From assembly GCA_045648785.1 (NCBI GenBank), contig JAZROP010000041.1, positions 20,268 to 84,267 on the forward strand: DNA of 64,000 bases, read 5' to 3'. Below, piece after piece: positions 32,882 to 44,100 of the stretch (position 1 is its first letter; every line of letters starts with the position of its first letter). The position numbers were made by a program, and so were the translations under genes. The notes beneath the pieces were generated by a model. That model worked only from the letters and a program-made list of their open reading frames with translations. It did no database searches and had not been told where the DNA came from. This stretch comes from Clostridia bacterium. GTDB lineage: Bacteria; Bacillota; Clostridia; RUG12999.

Positions 32882-33763
32882 ATGATAGTTACACTTAAAA
32901 ATAATATGTTTTCAGCACAGATTGACAGTTACGGTGCACAGCTTATCTCAATGAAGGATAATGCGGGCACAGAATATATCTGGCAGAGAAAAGAACCTTA
33001 CTGGAGCGAATGTGCACCCATTTTATTCCCGATTGTTGGCAGACCACTTAATGGTGTTATTACAATTGATGGTAAGGACTATGAAATGGGTACTCACGGT
33101 TTCGCAAGACATTCTGAATTTGAGGTTTTAACACAGACTGATGATGTTGCTGTTTTCATGATTAAAACCACGGAAGAAAATTATAAAAATTATCCATATT
33201 ATTTTGAACTTTACATCACATATTCATTAGATGATGAGGGCATTAATACTGAAATGAAAGTTGTTAATGCTGACAAAAAAGAAATCTTTTTTGGTATTGG
33301 TGGACACCCAGCTATCTGCTGGCCTATCTATGAGGGAGACACATTTGACGATTATGTAATAGACTTTGGTGCAGATTATGACATTACTGCTCTGACCAGT
33401 GACGATGATGTATTTATCTTGCCTGATTCGGCATATAAATTAAAATTGGAAAATGGCGTACTCCCTGTTAAAAGAGAACTTTTTAATTCTGATGCAGTTG
33501 TTATTGAAAGAGCACCCTTTAACAGCCTTAAATTTATTAACAAAAAAGGAAAGGGCATTAGATTTGAATTTGAAAACTTTAAAAGCTTTGCAATGTGGAC
33601 AATGACTCATCCGGACGGAGCACCTTATCTTTGCTTTGAACCATGGAATTCTATGGGGAAAAGAATGGGTGAAAATTCAAACCTCAAAGAAAAAATGGAT
33701 ATTGTAAAGCTTGCAAAGGAAAAAGAATTTGTTTGTTCGTACAAAATTTCTCCGATAAACTAA
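32882..33763 (+). CDS. aldose 1-epimerase family protein
   Basis: Galactose-mutarotase-like fold pattern: IWQRKEPYWSECAPILFPIVGR, HGFARHSEFEV. Confidence 0.75.
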   Translation: MIVTLKNNMFSAQIDSYGAQLISMKDNAGTEYIWQRKEPYWSECAPILFPIVGRPLNGVITIDGKDYEMGTHGFARHSEFEVLTQTDDVAVFMIKTTEENYKNYPYYFELYITYSLDDEGINTEMKVVNADKKEIFFGIGGHPAICWPIYEGDTFDDYVIDFGADYDITALTSDDDVFILPDSAYKLKLENGVLPVKRELFNSDAVVIERAPFNSLKFINKKGKGIRFEFENFKSFAMWTMTHPDGAPYLCFEPWNSMGKRMGENSNLKEKMDIVKLAKEKEFVCSYKISPIN

Positions 33764-33769
33764 AATTAA

Positions 33770-33795
33770 AAGCACCCCAAAAGGGTGCTTTTTTA
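33770..33795 (+). terminator. intrinsic terminator
   Basis: GCACCC-CAAAA-GGGTGC followed by TTTTTT. Confidence 0.7.
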
Positions 33796-33823
33796 ATATT
33801 TAAAAAGAAATTTCAAAAAAAGC

Positions 33824-33852
33824 TTGATTTTATAATTTTGTTGTGTTATAAT
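33824..33852 (+). promoter_or_regulatory. promoter for tRNA-Arg
   Basis: TTGATT - 17 nt - TATAAT, about 20 nt upstream of the mature tRNA 5' end. Confidence 0.6.
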
Positions 33853-33872
33853 ACTATCTGTTGCATATGAAT

Positions 33873-33949
33873 GCGCTGTTAGCTCAGCTGGATAGAGTGT
33901 TTGGCTACGAACCAAAAGGTCAGGGGTTCGAATCCCTTACAGCGCGCCA
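33873..33949 (+). tRNA. tRNA-Arg (anticodon ACG)
   Basis: Cloverleaf with acceptor GCGCTGT/ACAGCGC, D-arm GCTCAGCTGGATAGAGT, anticodon loop CTACGAA, T-arm GGTTCGAATCC; CCA is encoded. Confidence 0.92.
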
Positions 33950-33955
33950 ATAAAA

Positions 33956-33981
33956 AAGGACATCTTTTGATGTCCTTTTTT
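33956..33981 (+). terminator. intrinsic terminator after tRNA-Arg
   Basis: AAGGACATC-TTTT-GATGTCCTT followed by TTTT. Confidence 0.7.
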
Positions 33982-34058
33982 AATATAGATATTGACAAAT
34001 ATGTTTATTTTCAGCTAAAATAAAAGTAATAAAAATATTTATAGAAAGAGGGATAACC

Positions 34059-34898
34059 ATGAGAGAGATTGAAGCGAATGTTATAACAGATAAGATTTCA
34101 GAAATGTGTATAAGTGCAAACTGCAACCTGAATTGTGATATTTTAAATGCAGTAAAAGCCGGTATTAACAATGAAACTGCAGCTACTGCAGTCGATATTC
34201 TTGAATCTATTGTAAAAAATGCTGAGATTGCCGGAGAAAAGCAGGTTCCAATATGTCAGGATACAGGTATGGCGATTTTTTTTGTTGAGGTTGGTCAGGA
34301 TGTTCATATTAACGGAAACCTCACAGATGCTATAAACCTTGGTGTAAAAAAAGGGTATGAGGAAGGTTTTCTCAGAAAGTCGGTTGTAAAAGACCCGATA
34401 AGACGAGGTAATACAGGAGACAATACCCCTGCAGTTATACATTATGACATAGTTCCGGGCGATAAAATTAAAATAATCTTTATGCCAAAAGGATTTGGCA
34501 GTGAAAATATGAGCCGGCTTAAAATGTTAAAACCCTCTGAGGGTGCAGAGGGCGTAATTGATTTTGTTGTTGAAACAGTAAAACTTGCGAGTTCAAACCC
34601 ATGTCCACCGGTGGTTGTGGGAGTTGGTATTGGTGGAAGTATGGAAAAGGCAGCACTTTTATCAAAGCTTGCACTTTCAAGACCAGTTGACTCTGTAAAT
34701 GAAGATGAATATTACGCTGAAATGGAAAAGCTTTTGCTTGAAAAAATAAACCTTACCGGAGTTGGACCTCAGGGACTTGGTGGAAAAACAACTGCACTTG
34801 GTGTTAATATAGAAACTTATCCCACTCACATTGCCGGACTTCCGGTTGCAGTTAATATAAGCTGCCATGTGACGCGTCACGCAGAGACTATTATTTAA
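34059..34898 (+). CDS. Fe-S hydro-lyase alpha subunit (class I fumarate hydratase / L(+)-tartrate dehydratase alpha)
   Basis: QDTGMAIFFVEVGQDVHI is the FumA N-terminal catalytic domain. No beta subunit gene is adjacent. Confidence 0.8.
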   Translation: MREIEANVITDKISEMCISANCNLNCDILNAVKAGINNETAATAVDILESIVKNAEIAGEKQVPICQDTGMAIFFVEVGQDVHINGNLTDAINLGVKKGYEEGFLRKSVVKDPIRRGNTGDNTPAVIHYDIVPGDKIKIIFMPKGFGSENMSRLKMLKPSEGAEGVIDFVVETVKLASSNPCPPVVVGVGIGGSMEKAALLSKLALSRPVDSVNEDEYYAEMEKLLLEKINLTGVGPQGLGGKTTALGVNIETYPTHIAGLPVAVNISCHVTRHAETII

Positions 34899-35548
34899 CG
34901 GATAATATTTGCATAATTATCAGGAATATCACCAACAAGGACAAGCTGAACAACCGGTATTGTATTTGAAATACTGACCCTGCTTTGATATGCAGACAAG
35001 GAATATAAAATGTCCGTTTCTATGATTAAATTTACTGAAAACTGCGTTTGATTTATGCCTGCTGATTTAAATGAATCTTCAAAACGGACCTGTACATTCG
35101 ATACCGGTGCAATTCTATATGATATTTTAGGGCCGACGTTCAGCAGAATGGGGAGTCCTAAAACATTTCCGATTGGAATTTTGACCTTAATTCCGTCTGA
35201 CGTTGAAAGTCCCTGTAAAATTGCGGTAGACATTTCTGTTTGGAGTATATTAATTTTTTCGATATCGGTGTTTATTGCAGATATATTACCGGCAGGGGAT
35301 TTATCTTTGACTAAGATATTGCTGTAAAGCTCGCTGTTTTCACTTAAAAACTGATTAGCAATTTTGGTTACCAGTTTTGTAGTGCTGCGTGTTGCCTGTG
35401 CTCGGGCAATTTCATTTGCCGCAACAAAAAAACGACAAACCAAAAATATAGATACAGCGGTGATTAATATTATAGTAATGATAAGTTTTAGCTTTCTATT
35501 TTTTCGGAGCATAAGTATATTACACCACCTTATATACATTATACTCAT
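34895..35548 (-). CDS. yunB: sporulation protein YunB
   Basis: N-terminal TM helix; the C-terminal region aligns to B. subtilis YunB blocks KIPIGNVLGLPILLNVGPKI...VSNVQV...IPVVQLVLVGDIPDNY. The start is probably at MLRKNRK (35509). Confidence 0.6.
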   Translation of the reverse strand: MSIMYIRWCNILMLRKNRKLKLIITIILITAVSIFLVCRFFVAANEIARAQATRSTTKLVTKIANQFLSENSELYSNILVKDKSPAGNISAINTDIEKINILQTEMSTAILQGLSTSDGIKVKIPIGNVLGLPILLNVGPKISYRIAPVSNVQVRFEDSFKSAGINQTQFSVNLIIETDILYSLSAYQSRVSISNTIPVVQLVLVGDIPDNYANIIR

Positions 35549-35565
35549 ATTCCGGATGGCTGTGA

Positions 35566-35673
35566 TTAATTCATAAAGTTTGCTATAAGGACATAAACAG
35601 AGCTGAGAAGAATGCTTCCTGCCACCATTACGGCAAGAACGGAAGCTATAATTTGTTTTGTGCGCTGCTTCAA
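35566..35673 (-). CDS. candidate 35-aa hydrophobic micro-protein (TTG start)
   Basis: GAGGTGA RBS 6 nt before the TTG. Product is (M)KQRTKQIIASVLAVMVAGSILLSSVYVLIANFMN, a single TM helix. It lies just upstream of yunB on the same strand. Confidence 0.3.
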   Translation of the reverse strand: MKQRTKQIIASVLAVMVAGSILLSSVYVLIANFMN

Positions 35674-35733
35674 TTAAATCACCTCATTTTAAGTATATAT
35701 CAATAGATGTTTTTTTTCAAGAGGAATTTTGAA

Positions 35734-36471
35734 ATGAATTTTGTGAAAATACCCAACAATCCTATAAATTCATCTGCAGTGCTGATTGCAAAAAATGTAC
35801 CCATGCAGGTTGCTGAAAAATTGGAAAAACTTAATATAACTCCGCTGTTTGGTGATACGATACAATATGATGTTGAAGCGGTAAGTTTTCATATTGATAC
35901 TCAGATTATTCATGTGGGAAATGACCGGTTTGTTGTGTCACCATATGTTTATGAACATTATAAAAAGGTTTTACCGGGAGCTAAACTTATTATTGGAGCA
36001 AGTAATTCCTGCGGTACTTATCCTGCCGATGCGGCATATAATGTAGCGAGCCTGGGGAAGTATGTAATACATAATTTTAAATATACCGATAAGGTTGTTT
36101 TATCTGAAATAAAGGGAGAAAAAATTCAGGTAGCACAAGGATACAGCAAATGTTCAATTTGTATTGTAGATGAAAATTCGGTTATAACAGAGGATAAAGG
36201 TATAGCACGAACACTTAAAAGAAATAATATAGATGTTCTTGAAATTTCTGCGGGTGATGTGCTTTTACGTGGTATGGATTATGGCTTTCTGGGAGGAGCG
36301 TCCGGAAAGCTTTCAAAAAATATTCTTGCCTTTGCAGGAGATATTAAAACTCACAGAGATTACGCTAAGATACGAGATTTTTGTTTAATCAGGAATGTTG
36401 AGCCGCTGAGTCTTTGTGATGGGAAACTTATTGATATCGGGTCAATCATTCCTGTGCTTGAAAAGGAGTGA
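35734..36471 (+). CDS. hypothetical protein (possibly a guanidino-group-modifying-enzyme-like fold); probable start at the second ATG
   Basis: AAGAGGA RBS precedes the ATG at 35734. No firm motif is recognised. Its stop overlaps the ytxC-like gene. Confidence 0.5.
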   Translation: MNFVKIPNNPINSSAVLIAKNVPMQVAEKLEKLNITPLFGDTIQYDVEAVSFHIDTQIIHVGNDRFVVSPYVYEHYKKVLPGAKLIIGASNSCGTYPADAAYNVASLGKYVIHNFKYTDKVVLSEIKGEKIQVAQGYSKCSICIVDENSVITEDKGIARTLKRNNIDVLEISAGDVLLRGMDYGFLGGASGKLSKNILAFAGDIKTHRDYAKIRDFCLIRNVEPLSLCDGKLIDIGSIIPVLEKE

Positions 36472-37226
36472 ACCGCTTGAGAATTGTTGTTGACACTTCT
36501 CATGATATCACACATTTATTTAAAATTCTTTCTGAGAACATCAAAAAGAATAATATAAAAGCAGACTGTTTGCTGGAGAATTACATTATAATTTCAGGCA
36601 ATGGTGTTAAACTGAAAAACATCGTCGCACAGACGGTTGCCGGATATATAATTGATAATTATGAAAGAAAAATGTTATATGATATTATTCGGGATTTTGA
36701 GCTGTTAAAAACAGAAACGGAAGAAATAACCGCGTGCATTGTAAATGATAAAGAACTTATTAGCTCGCGGCTGAAAATGCTTTCAGATGAAATTATGCCG
36801 AGTATTTCGTCCGGGAGAGTTAATATAGATGGCCTGCTAAGTTTCAGGCTTGAAAATTATAAAAATGAACTTCGGTTTACTACTGAATATTTAATTGATG
36901 AGCTGATGGCGAAAAAATCATACGATGAATTTATTGGACTTATGAAGTATTTTACAGAAATTCAGTCGCCCGTTACTGATACCGTTATTCTAACTGAGTC
37001 ATCAGGTGAATATGTACTGACTGACTTATCGGGAAATCCGGTTATGCTGAAATTTGATGAAGAATTTGCGGGCGAGCTTGCCCCGCTTGGATTAAGCCAC
37101 GAAGACCTTTTGATAAGTAATCTTATGGCGGCAATGCCAAGGAAAATTGTTTTTAATAATGTAAATGAAGATAAGCCTATAATTAATACAATAAACCGTA
37201 TTTTTGAAGGCAGAATAACACATTGA
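36468..37226 (+). CDS. ytxC: YtxC-like sporulation-associated protein (GTG at 36468, or TTG at 36477 with better RBS spacing)
   Basis: About 250 aa, with composition and length like the YtxC family. In Bacillus ytxC lies downstream of dnaI, and here it is near the dnaD/dnaI unit. Confidence 0.4.
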   Translation: MNRLRIVVDTSHDITHLFKILSENIKKNNIKADCLLENYIIISGNGVKLKNIVAQTVAGYIIDNYERKMLYDIIRDFELLKTETEEITACIVNDKELISSRLKMLSDEIMPSISSGRVNIDGLLSFRLENYKNELRFTTEYLIDELMAKKSYDEFIGLMKYFTEIQSPVTDTVILTESSGEYVLTDLSGNPVMLKFDEEFAGELAPLGLSHEDLLISNLMAAMPRKIVFNNVNEDKPIINTINRIFEGRITH

Positions 37227-37241
37227 AAGGTAAATTAATTT

Positions 37242-37877
37242 ATGCGAATGAGAAGAAAAAAACACCGTGAGGAAAGGATGGAAATCTGCTCGTCGGTAAT
37301 GATACAGGAGCCTTTTCCAAAAGGTGAAATAAAAAAGGTTTTCGGCAACGAAAACCCTATACATATAGAAATAGGCTGTGGTAAAGGTGGGTTTATTACA
37401 GAACTTGCCTGTACAAATCCTGATGTAAACTACATTGCAGTTGAAAAAAACGGTGATGTTCTGGTACTTGCAATGGAAAAGGCAATGGCAAAGGGACTTA
37501 AAAATGTTAGGTTTATTTTTGGTGATGCAACTCATCTGGAAGATATTGTTGCACCTGGAGAAATAAATCGGATTTACATAAACTTTTGTGACCCATGGCA
37601 CAAATCGGGGTATGCAAAAAGAAGGCTTACACATCGCAATTATCTTGCGATTTATAAAAAACTTCTTGAGCCGACGGGTGGTGAGGTTTTTTTTAAAACG
37701 GATAACAGAAAGCTTTTTGAGTTTTCTCTTAACGAATGTGCAGATACAGGACTGAAGATGAGAAACATTACCCTAGATTTACATAACAGCGGTTATGAGG
37801 GCAACATAATGACTGAATATGAAAAATTGTTTTCCGAACAGGGAATGCCAATTTACAGACTTGAAATTCAATATTAA
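37242..37877 (+). CDS. trmB: tRNA (guanine46-N7)-methyltransferase TrmB
   Basis: SAM-binding motif IEIGCGKGGFITELA and the conserved FCDPW motif. Confidence 0.88.
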   Translation: MRMRRKKHREERMEICSSVMIQEPFPKGEIKKVFGNENPIHIEIGCGKGGFITELACTNPDVNYIAVEKNGDVLVLAMEKAMAKGLKNVRFIFGDATHLEDIVAPGEINRIYINFCDPWHKSGYAKRRLTHRNYLAIYKKLLEPTGGEVFFKTDNRKLFEFSLNECADTGLKMRNITLDLHNSGYEGNIMTEYEKLFSEQGMPIYRLEIQY

Positions 37878-37906
37878 AAAGACGGGTAAGTGCCCGTCTT
37901 TAGTTT
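37876..37906. terminator. bidirectional terminator between trmB and the hydrolase gene
   Basis: AAAGACGGG-TAAGTG-CCCGTCTTT. Confidence 0.65.
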
Positions 37907-38622
37907 TATTTATAATTCTTTTCAACAAATTCGATGATAGGTGTTGGATCGTCAAGACCGTGAGGGTGGTGACCGCACATTGATTTTCCGATAACTTTGA
38001 GTGTGCCGCCGTGTTCTTTATAATAATTCTCAAGAACTTTTCCATTTTCCTCGTATAAAACAACAACATCTGCATTTCCGTATAGCATAATAATGGGAAT
38101 ATTGTTTTCAATAAGTGGAGCCATATTGTCAATGGGGCTCTTGCGGAAATTTACAATTGTAGATTTATTTACGCCATATGCATCTACAAGTTCACGCCAG
38201 AAGGCTGCACTTGTATCTCTTGAAAGTTCGCCCAGACCTGCCAGACTTAAAATGTTAAGTACCGGTGCATCAAGATACATAACGGCAACGAGCTCGGGGT
38301 GAAGCTCTGCAAGCTTTGCCGCTTGCAGACCGCCACAGCTCATACCCTCTGCAATAATTCTTTCGGATGCATTAAGCTCTTTTGCACAATATTTTATGAA
38401 ATCTGCCATAATTTCTGTTTCGACATCGGGAGCCCAACGATTGCGATGGTATATGTGTATAAGATAGTATCCGCGGTCGAGCATTGCTTCATCAAAACCG
38501 GGGAATGCATCAAGGTATTCTGTTTTTAATAGCATTTTGCCGTTTGGTTCGCGGCTTGGATAAATAATAACCGCTTTTCTTTCGGCAAAATAAAATTCCT
38601 TCTTTTTGTATTTGTCAAACAT
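37906..38622 (-). CDS. alpha/beta hydrolase (esterase / S9-like)
   Basis: Nucleophile elbow GMSCGG plus Asp/His downstream; no signal peptide. Confidence 0.75.
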   Translation of the reverse strand: MFDKYKKKEFYFAERKAVIIYPSREPNGKMLLKTEYLDAFPGFDEAMLDRGYYLIHIYHRNRWAPDVETEIMADFIKYCAKELNASERIIAEGMSCGGLQAAKLAELHPELVAVMYLDAPVLNILSLAGLGELSRDTSAAFWRELVDAYGVNKSTIVNFRKSPIDNMAPLIENNIPIIMLYGNADVVVLYEENGKVLENYYKEHGGTLKVIGKSMCGHHPHGLDDPTPIIEFVEKNYK

Positions 38623-38725
38623 AAATATGTCTCCGTAGTTTTAATATAAATTCATTTTATCACTATGGATTTTTTTTGTCAATAAAAGTATGAAATTATC
38701 TGTTGTTTTTGACGTGGTTGTAATT

Positions 38726-40111
<1,386 letters not shown>

Positions 40112-41638
40112 TTAGTCAATAAGGCTTTTTCCTGTCATTTCATCAGGCTGGTCTATGCCTAAAAGCTCAAGCATTGTTGGTGCAATGTCAGCAAGTCTGC
40201 CTTCGTGGAGGTTAACATCTTTGCCTATAACAACAAAAGGAACTTTGTTAGTTGTGTGGGCGGTGAAAGGACCGCCATCCTCGTCAACCATGCAGTCAGC
40301 ATTGCCGTGGTCGGCTGTAATAATAACCGTTCCGCCAAGGGCTGTAATTTTGTCAATAATTTTCTTTGAACATTCATCTACTGTTTCAACAGCTTTAACT
40401 GCAGCTTCCATAAATCCGGTGTGACCTACCATGTCACAGTTTGCAAAGTTCAAGATAATTACATCATAAAGGTCAGAGTCGATTCTCTTTATAGCCTCTT
40501 CTGTTACTTCATAGGCACTCATTTCGGGTTTTAGGTCATATGTTGCAACTTTAGGAGAGGGGATAAGTGCTCTGTCCTCACGGTCATAGACCTTTTCTTC
40601 ACCGCCGTTAAAGAAGAATGTTACATGCGCATATTTTTCGGTTTCGGCAATCCTAAGCTGTGAAAGTCCGTTTTTGCTTAGGATTTCACCAAGTGTGTTT
40701 GTAAGACTTTCGGGTTTGAAAGCAATTTCAACATTCGGCATTGTTGCATCATACTGAGTCATACAAACATAGTTGATTTTACTGAATTTTTCACGAGCAA
40801 AGCCGTCAAATTCAGAATCAACAAAGCATCTTGTGATTTCACGCGCTCTGTCAGGACGGAAGTTGAAGAAAATAAAACTGTCACCTTCATCAACAGTTGC
40901 ATTTTTGCAAACAACAGTAGGAATAACAAATTCGTCGTAAATTTCTTTTTCGTAAGAATCAAGAACTGCACCGAGCGCGGAATCTTTTTCTTCACCTCTG
41001 CCAAGGGCAATGGCGTTATATGCCAGACTTACTCTGTCCCATCTCTGGTCACGGTCCATTGCATAATATCTGCCCATAACGGTAGCTATTTTACCAACGC
41101 CAATTTCAGCCATCTTTTCTTCAAGCTGTTTTACATACATATCGCCTGAATTGGGAGGAACATCACGACCATCTAAAAGGGCATGAACATAAACTTCGGT
41201 AAGACCAAGCTTTTTAGCCATTTCTAAAAGTGCGTAAAGGTGTGTGTTATGACTGTGAACGCCACCATCTGAAAGTAAACCTGCAAGGTGGAGCTTTGTA
41301 CCGCTTTTTACACAGCTTTCCATAGCAGATTTAAGTACGGCGTTCTCAAAGAAATCACCATCGGTGATGGATTTTGTAATTCTTGTGAGTTCCTGATAAA
41401 CAATTCTGCCGGCACCGATGTTTGTGTGACCAACTTCGGAGTTGCCCATCTGACCGTCAGGCAGACCTACATCCATTCCGCTTGCACTTACAAGTGTGTT
41501 AGGATAATTTGCAAGATAATTATCCATATTGGGAGTAACTGCTCTATAAATAGCGTTGTTTTCTTTCGGGGGAGCAATGCCGTACCCGTCAAGAATCATT
41601 AGACATAAAGGTTTTTTCATTTTAGATTGTCCTTTCAA
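40112..41638 (-). CDS. gpmI: 2,3-bisphosphoglycerate-independent phosphoglycerate mutase
   Basis: Metal-dependent iPGM motifs LMILDGYG and ITADHGN; about 505 aa. Confidence 0.95.
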   Translation of the reverse strand: MKGQSKMKKPLCLMILDGYGIAPPKENNAIYRAVTPNMDNYLANYPNTLVSASGMDVGLPDGQMGNSEVGHTNIGAGRIVYQELTRITKSITDGDFFENAVLKSAMESCVKSGTKLHLAGLLSDGGVHSHNTHLYALLEMAKKLGLTEVYVHALLDGRDVPPNSGDMYVKQLEEKMAEIGVGKIATVMGRYYAMDRDQRWDRVSLAYNAIALGRGEEKDSALGAVLDSYEKEIYDEFVIPTVVCKNATVDEGDSFIFFNFRPDRAREITRCFVDSEFDGFAREKFSKINYVCMTQYDATMPNVEIAFKPESLTNTLGEILSKNGLSQLRIAETEKYAHVTFFFNGGEEKVYDREDRALIPSPKVATYDLKPEMSAYEVTEEAIKRIDSDLYDVIILNFANCDMVGHTGFMEAAVKAVETVDECSKKIIDKITALGGTVIITADHGNADCMVDEDGGPFTAHTTNKVPFVVIGKDVNLHEGRLADIAPTMLELLGIDQPDEMTGKSLID

Positions 41639-41642
41639 GTTA

Positions 41643-41665
41643 AAAGGGCGAGTAAATCGCCCTTT
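41643..41665 (-). terminator. intercistronic hairpin (partial terminator / attenuator) between tpiA and gpmI
   Basis: AAAGGGCGA-TTTAC-TCGCCCTTT, then UUAAC, with the gpmI RBS directly after. Confidence 0.5.
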
Positions 41666-41670
41666 GTATT

Positions 41671-42426
41671 TTATTTATTAGCAGCTTCAACGATGGGAGC
41701 GAATTTTTCTGCTACAAGTGAAGCACCACCGATAAGACCGCCATCAATATCTTCTTTTGCAAGAAGTTCAGCAGCATTGGAATCATTCATGCTGCCGCCG
41801 TACTGGATGATGAAATCCTGTGCACAGTGAGGACAGTAGAGGTCGCCGAGAATGTCTCTAATGCCTTTGCAAACCTCCTGAGCCTGGTCGGCTGTAGCGG
41901 TTTTGCCTGTACCGATAGCCCAGATTGGTTCGTATGCAATGATAACCTTTTTAGCATCTTCAGCATCAATGCCTGCAAATGCTTTTTTAATCTGAATAGC
42001 AATCAGGTCCATTGTAATGCCTGCTTCTCTTTCCTCTAAACTTTCACCAACACAAACGATTGGGAGAAGTCCTTTTTCAAGAGCTTTTTTAGTTTTAAGG
42101 TTAACAGTTTCGTCTGTTTCTGCAAAATACTGGCGTCTTTCGGAATGGCCGATGATAACATATTCAACACCAATATCCTTAAGCATATCAGCACTTACTT
42201 CGCCTGTGAATGCGCCCTTATCTTCGAAATGAAGATTTTCAGCACCGATTTTTACATGTGTGCCTGTAGCAGCTTTAACTGCTTCAGTAAGACAAACATA
42301 AGGTGTGCAGCAAACAACGGTGCATGTCGCACCTTTTGTAGCAGCTTCAACTTCCTTGATAAAACCAAATGTTTCAGAGGGAAGTTTATTCATTTTCCAA
42401 TTACCTGCAATAACTTTTGTTCTCAT
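41671..42426 (-). CDS. tpiA: triosephosphate isomerase
   Basis: [15 protein letters not shown] and GGASLV motifs. Confidence 0.97.
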   Translation of the reverse strand: MRTKVIAGNWKMNKLPSETFGFIKEVEAATKGATCTVVCCTPYVCLTEAVKAATGTHVKIGAENLHFEDKGAFTGEVSADMLKDIGVEYVIIGHSERRQYFAETDETVNLKTKKALEKGLLPIVCVGESLEEREAGITMDLIAIQIKKAFAGIDAEDAKKVIIAYEPIWAIGTGKTATADQAQEVCKGIRDILGDLYCPHCAQDFIIQYGGSMNDSNAAELLAKEDIDGGLIGGASLVAEKFAPIVEAANK

Positions 42427-42480
42427 AATATATTAGTGATTCCTTTCCTGTGATTAATGAATAAAAAGAGATTACAAAAC

Positions 42481-42548
42481 AATTCTTGCGCAAGCAAGGT
42501 TCCGGCTTTTCCCGATCTCAATCTGTGATTGCGTAAGCGGAGCAGATT
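42481..42548. repeat. diverged third copy of the structured intergenic repeat (pgk-tpiA spacer)
   Basis: AATTCTTGCGCAAGCAAGGTTCCGG...CAATCTGTGATTGCGT shares the 5' flank AATTCTT, the core GCAAGCAAGGTTCCGG and the CAATCT-N-TGATTGCGT hairpin with the 12.5-kb copies. Confidence 0.6.
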
Positions 42549-42549
42549 C

Positions 42550-43737
42550 TTACTTTTCCTGAAGACAAGCAATTCCGGGAAGTTCAAGTCCTTCAAGGAA
42601 TTCAAGTGATGCGCCGCCACCTGTGGAAATGTGGCTCATTTTATCGCCAAGACCGAGAACTTCAACTGCAGCTGCAGAGTCACCACCACCGATTACTGTG
42701 ATAGCGTCTGTTTCTGCACAAGCATTAGCGATTGCAGTTGTACCTGCGGCAAAGTTGGACATTTCAAATACGCCCATAGGTCCGTTCCAAACAATTGTTT
42801 TAGCTTCTTTTACAGCCGCGCTGAAAAGTTCAACTGTTTTAGGACCAATATCAAGACCCATCCAGCCGTCAGGAATTTTGTTTTCATCTACTAAATCTCT
42901 GTTTGCGTCATTATCGTATTTATCTGCTATAACTGTATCAACAGGGAGAAGAAGTTTAACTCCTTTTTCTTTAGCTTTTTCGATGATTTCGAGGCAGTAT
43001 CCGAGTCTTTCTTCGTCACAGAGGGAGTTACCGATGCTGCCGCCCTGAGCTTTTGTGAATGTGTAAGCCATACCGCCGCCGATGATGAGGCTATCAACTT
43101 TATCAAGCAGAGAGTTGATAACACCGATTTTGTCTTTAACTTTCGCACCGCCGAGGATAGCGAGGAAAGGTCTTTCGGGGTTAGCTACCGCACTGCCGAG
43201 GAATTTGATTTCCTTCTGAATGAGGTAACCAGAAACTGCAGGGAGATAATCTGCAACACCTGCTGTTGAAGCGTGAGCTCTGTGTGCTGTACCGAAAGCG
43301 TCATTTACAAAGATTTCAGCAAAGTCAGCAAGTGCTTTTGCAAAAGCAGGGTCGTTCTTTTCTTCTTCTGCGTGGAAACGAACATTTTCAAGAAGGCATA
43401 CATCGCCGTCTTTTAAAGCGGCAACTGCAGCTTTTGCGCTATCGCCAATAACATCTTCAGCCATCACAACATCTTTGCCGAGGTGTTCGGAAAGTCTTTT
43501 TGCAACGGGAGCAAGAGAATATTTCATATTGAATTCGCCCTTGGGTCTGCCCATGTGTGAGCAAAGTATAACTTTTGCACCATTTTCAACCAGATATTTT
43601 ATCGTGGGAAGAGCACCAACAATTCTGTTTTCGTCAACAATGTTTTTATTTTCATCAAGAGGTACATTAAAGTCACATCTTACGAGGACTTTTTTTCCAG
43701 CAACGGAAATGTCTTCAATAGTTTTTTTGTTTAACAT
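42550..43737 (-). CDS. pgk: phosphoglycerate kinase
   Basis: RCDFNVP, the hinge region and the C-terminal GGGASLE motif. Confidence 0.97.
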   Translation of the reverse strand: MLNKKTIEDISVAGKKVLVRCDFNVPLDENKNIVDENRIVGALPTIKYLVENGAKVILCSHMGRPKGEFNMKYSLAPVAKRLSEHLGKDVVMAEDVIGDSAKAAVAALKDGDVCLLENVRFHAEEEKNDPAFAKALADFAEIFVNDAFGTAHRAHASTAGVADYLPAVSGYLIQKEIKFLGSAVANPERPFLAILGGAKVKDKIGVINSLLDKVDSLIIGGGMAYTFTKAQGGSIGNSLCDEERLGYCLEIIEKAKEKGVKLLLPVDTVIADKYDNDANRDLVDENKIPDGWMGLDIGPKTVELFSAAVKEAKTIVWNGPMGVFEMSNFAAGTTAIANACAETDAITVIGGGDSAAAVEVLGLGDKMSHISTGGGASLEFLEGLELPGIACLQEK

Positions 43738-43770
43738 ATTTTTCCACTCCTATTTTTTATTTTTGTTATT

Positions 43771-43799
43771 ATTTTACATCAAATTCTTATAATTTGCAA
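43771..43799 (-). promoter_or_regulatory. promoter for pgk
   Basis: Minus-strand TTGCAA - 17 nt - TAAAAT about 45 nt upstream of the pgk ATG. No gapA or cggR precedes pgk. Confidence 0.5.
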
Positions 43800-43886
43800 G
43801 TCTAAATATATAATTTATAATATTTTACAAAATTTATCCAACAAAATATAAATTGTATGTTATTTTTGCCTAATTTATTATTTTTA

Positions 43887-43915
43887 TTGAAAAAAAGATT
43901 GATTTGTGATAAAAT
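43887..43915 (+). promoter_or_regulatory. promoter (TTGAAA - 17 nt - TGaTAAAAT, extended -10) reading into the repeat array and AEC transporter unit
   Basis: Its motifs are seen directly. The transcript would begin at a GAGTTTGC-AGA-GCAAACTC hairpin (43916-43934). Confidence 0.5.
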
Positions 43916-43930
43916 GAGTTTGCAGAGCAA

Positions 43931-44100
43931 ACTCAATGAATTGCCTGACGGCGTGAATTGAAATCTGCGGTTTCATGAATTTAGCCTTGCGGCTCATGAA
44001 TTGCACTTCATGCATTATAAAGGCAATTCAATTCATGTTGCGTTAGCAACAATTCATGGCTTTAGCCAATTCATGACAACGGTAGTTGTCAATTCATAAA
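43931..44100. repeat. phased array of nine 9-nt modules ((T)CATGAATTG x5, then inverted CAATTCATG(A) x4) at roughly 20-bp spacing
   Basis: Modules at 43935, 43953, 43973, 43994, 44008 in the forward orientation and 44024, 44049, 44068, 44090 in the reverse orientation. Spacers contain small hairpins (GTTGC-GTTA-GCAAC, ACAAC-GGTAG-TTGT). Confidence 0.8.

Noticed and set aside
33950-34058. Integrated element at tRNA-Arg
   Set aside because: No integrase, direct repeat of the tRNA 3' end, or foreign-composition block follows the tRNA. Only the terminator and the fumarase alpha gene are there.
43931-44100. CRISPR array
   Set aside because: Repeat units are only 9 nt, lie in mixed orientation, and have no uniform unique spacers. 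No cas genes are present.
43931-44100. Replication origin / DnaA-box cluster (a replicative helicase and loader are in the window)
   Set aside because: The repeated motif CATGAATTG does not resemble TTATCCACA. dnaA and dnaN are absent and there is no AT-rich unwinding element.
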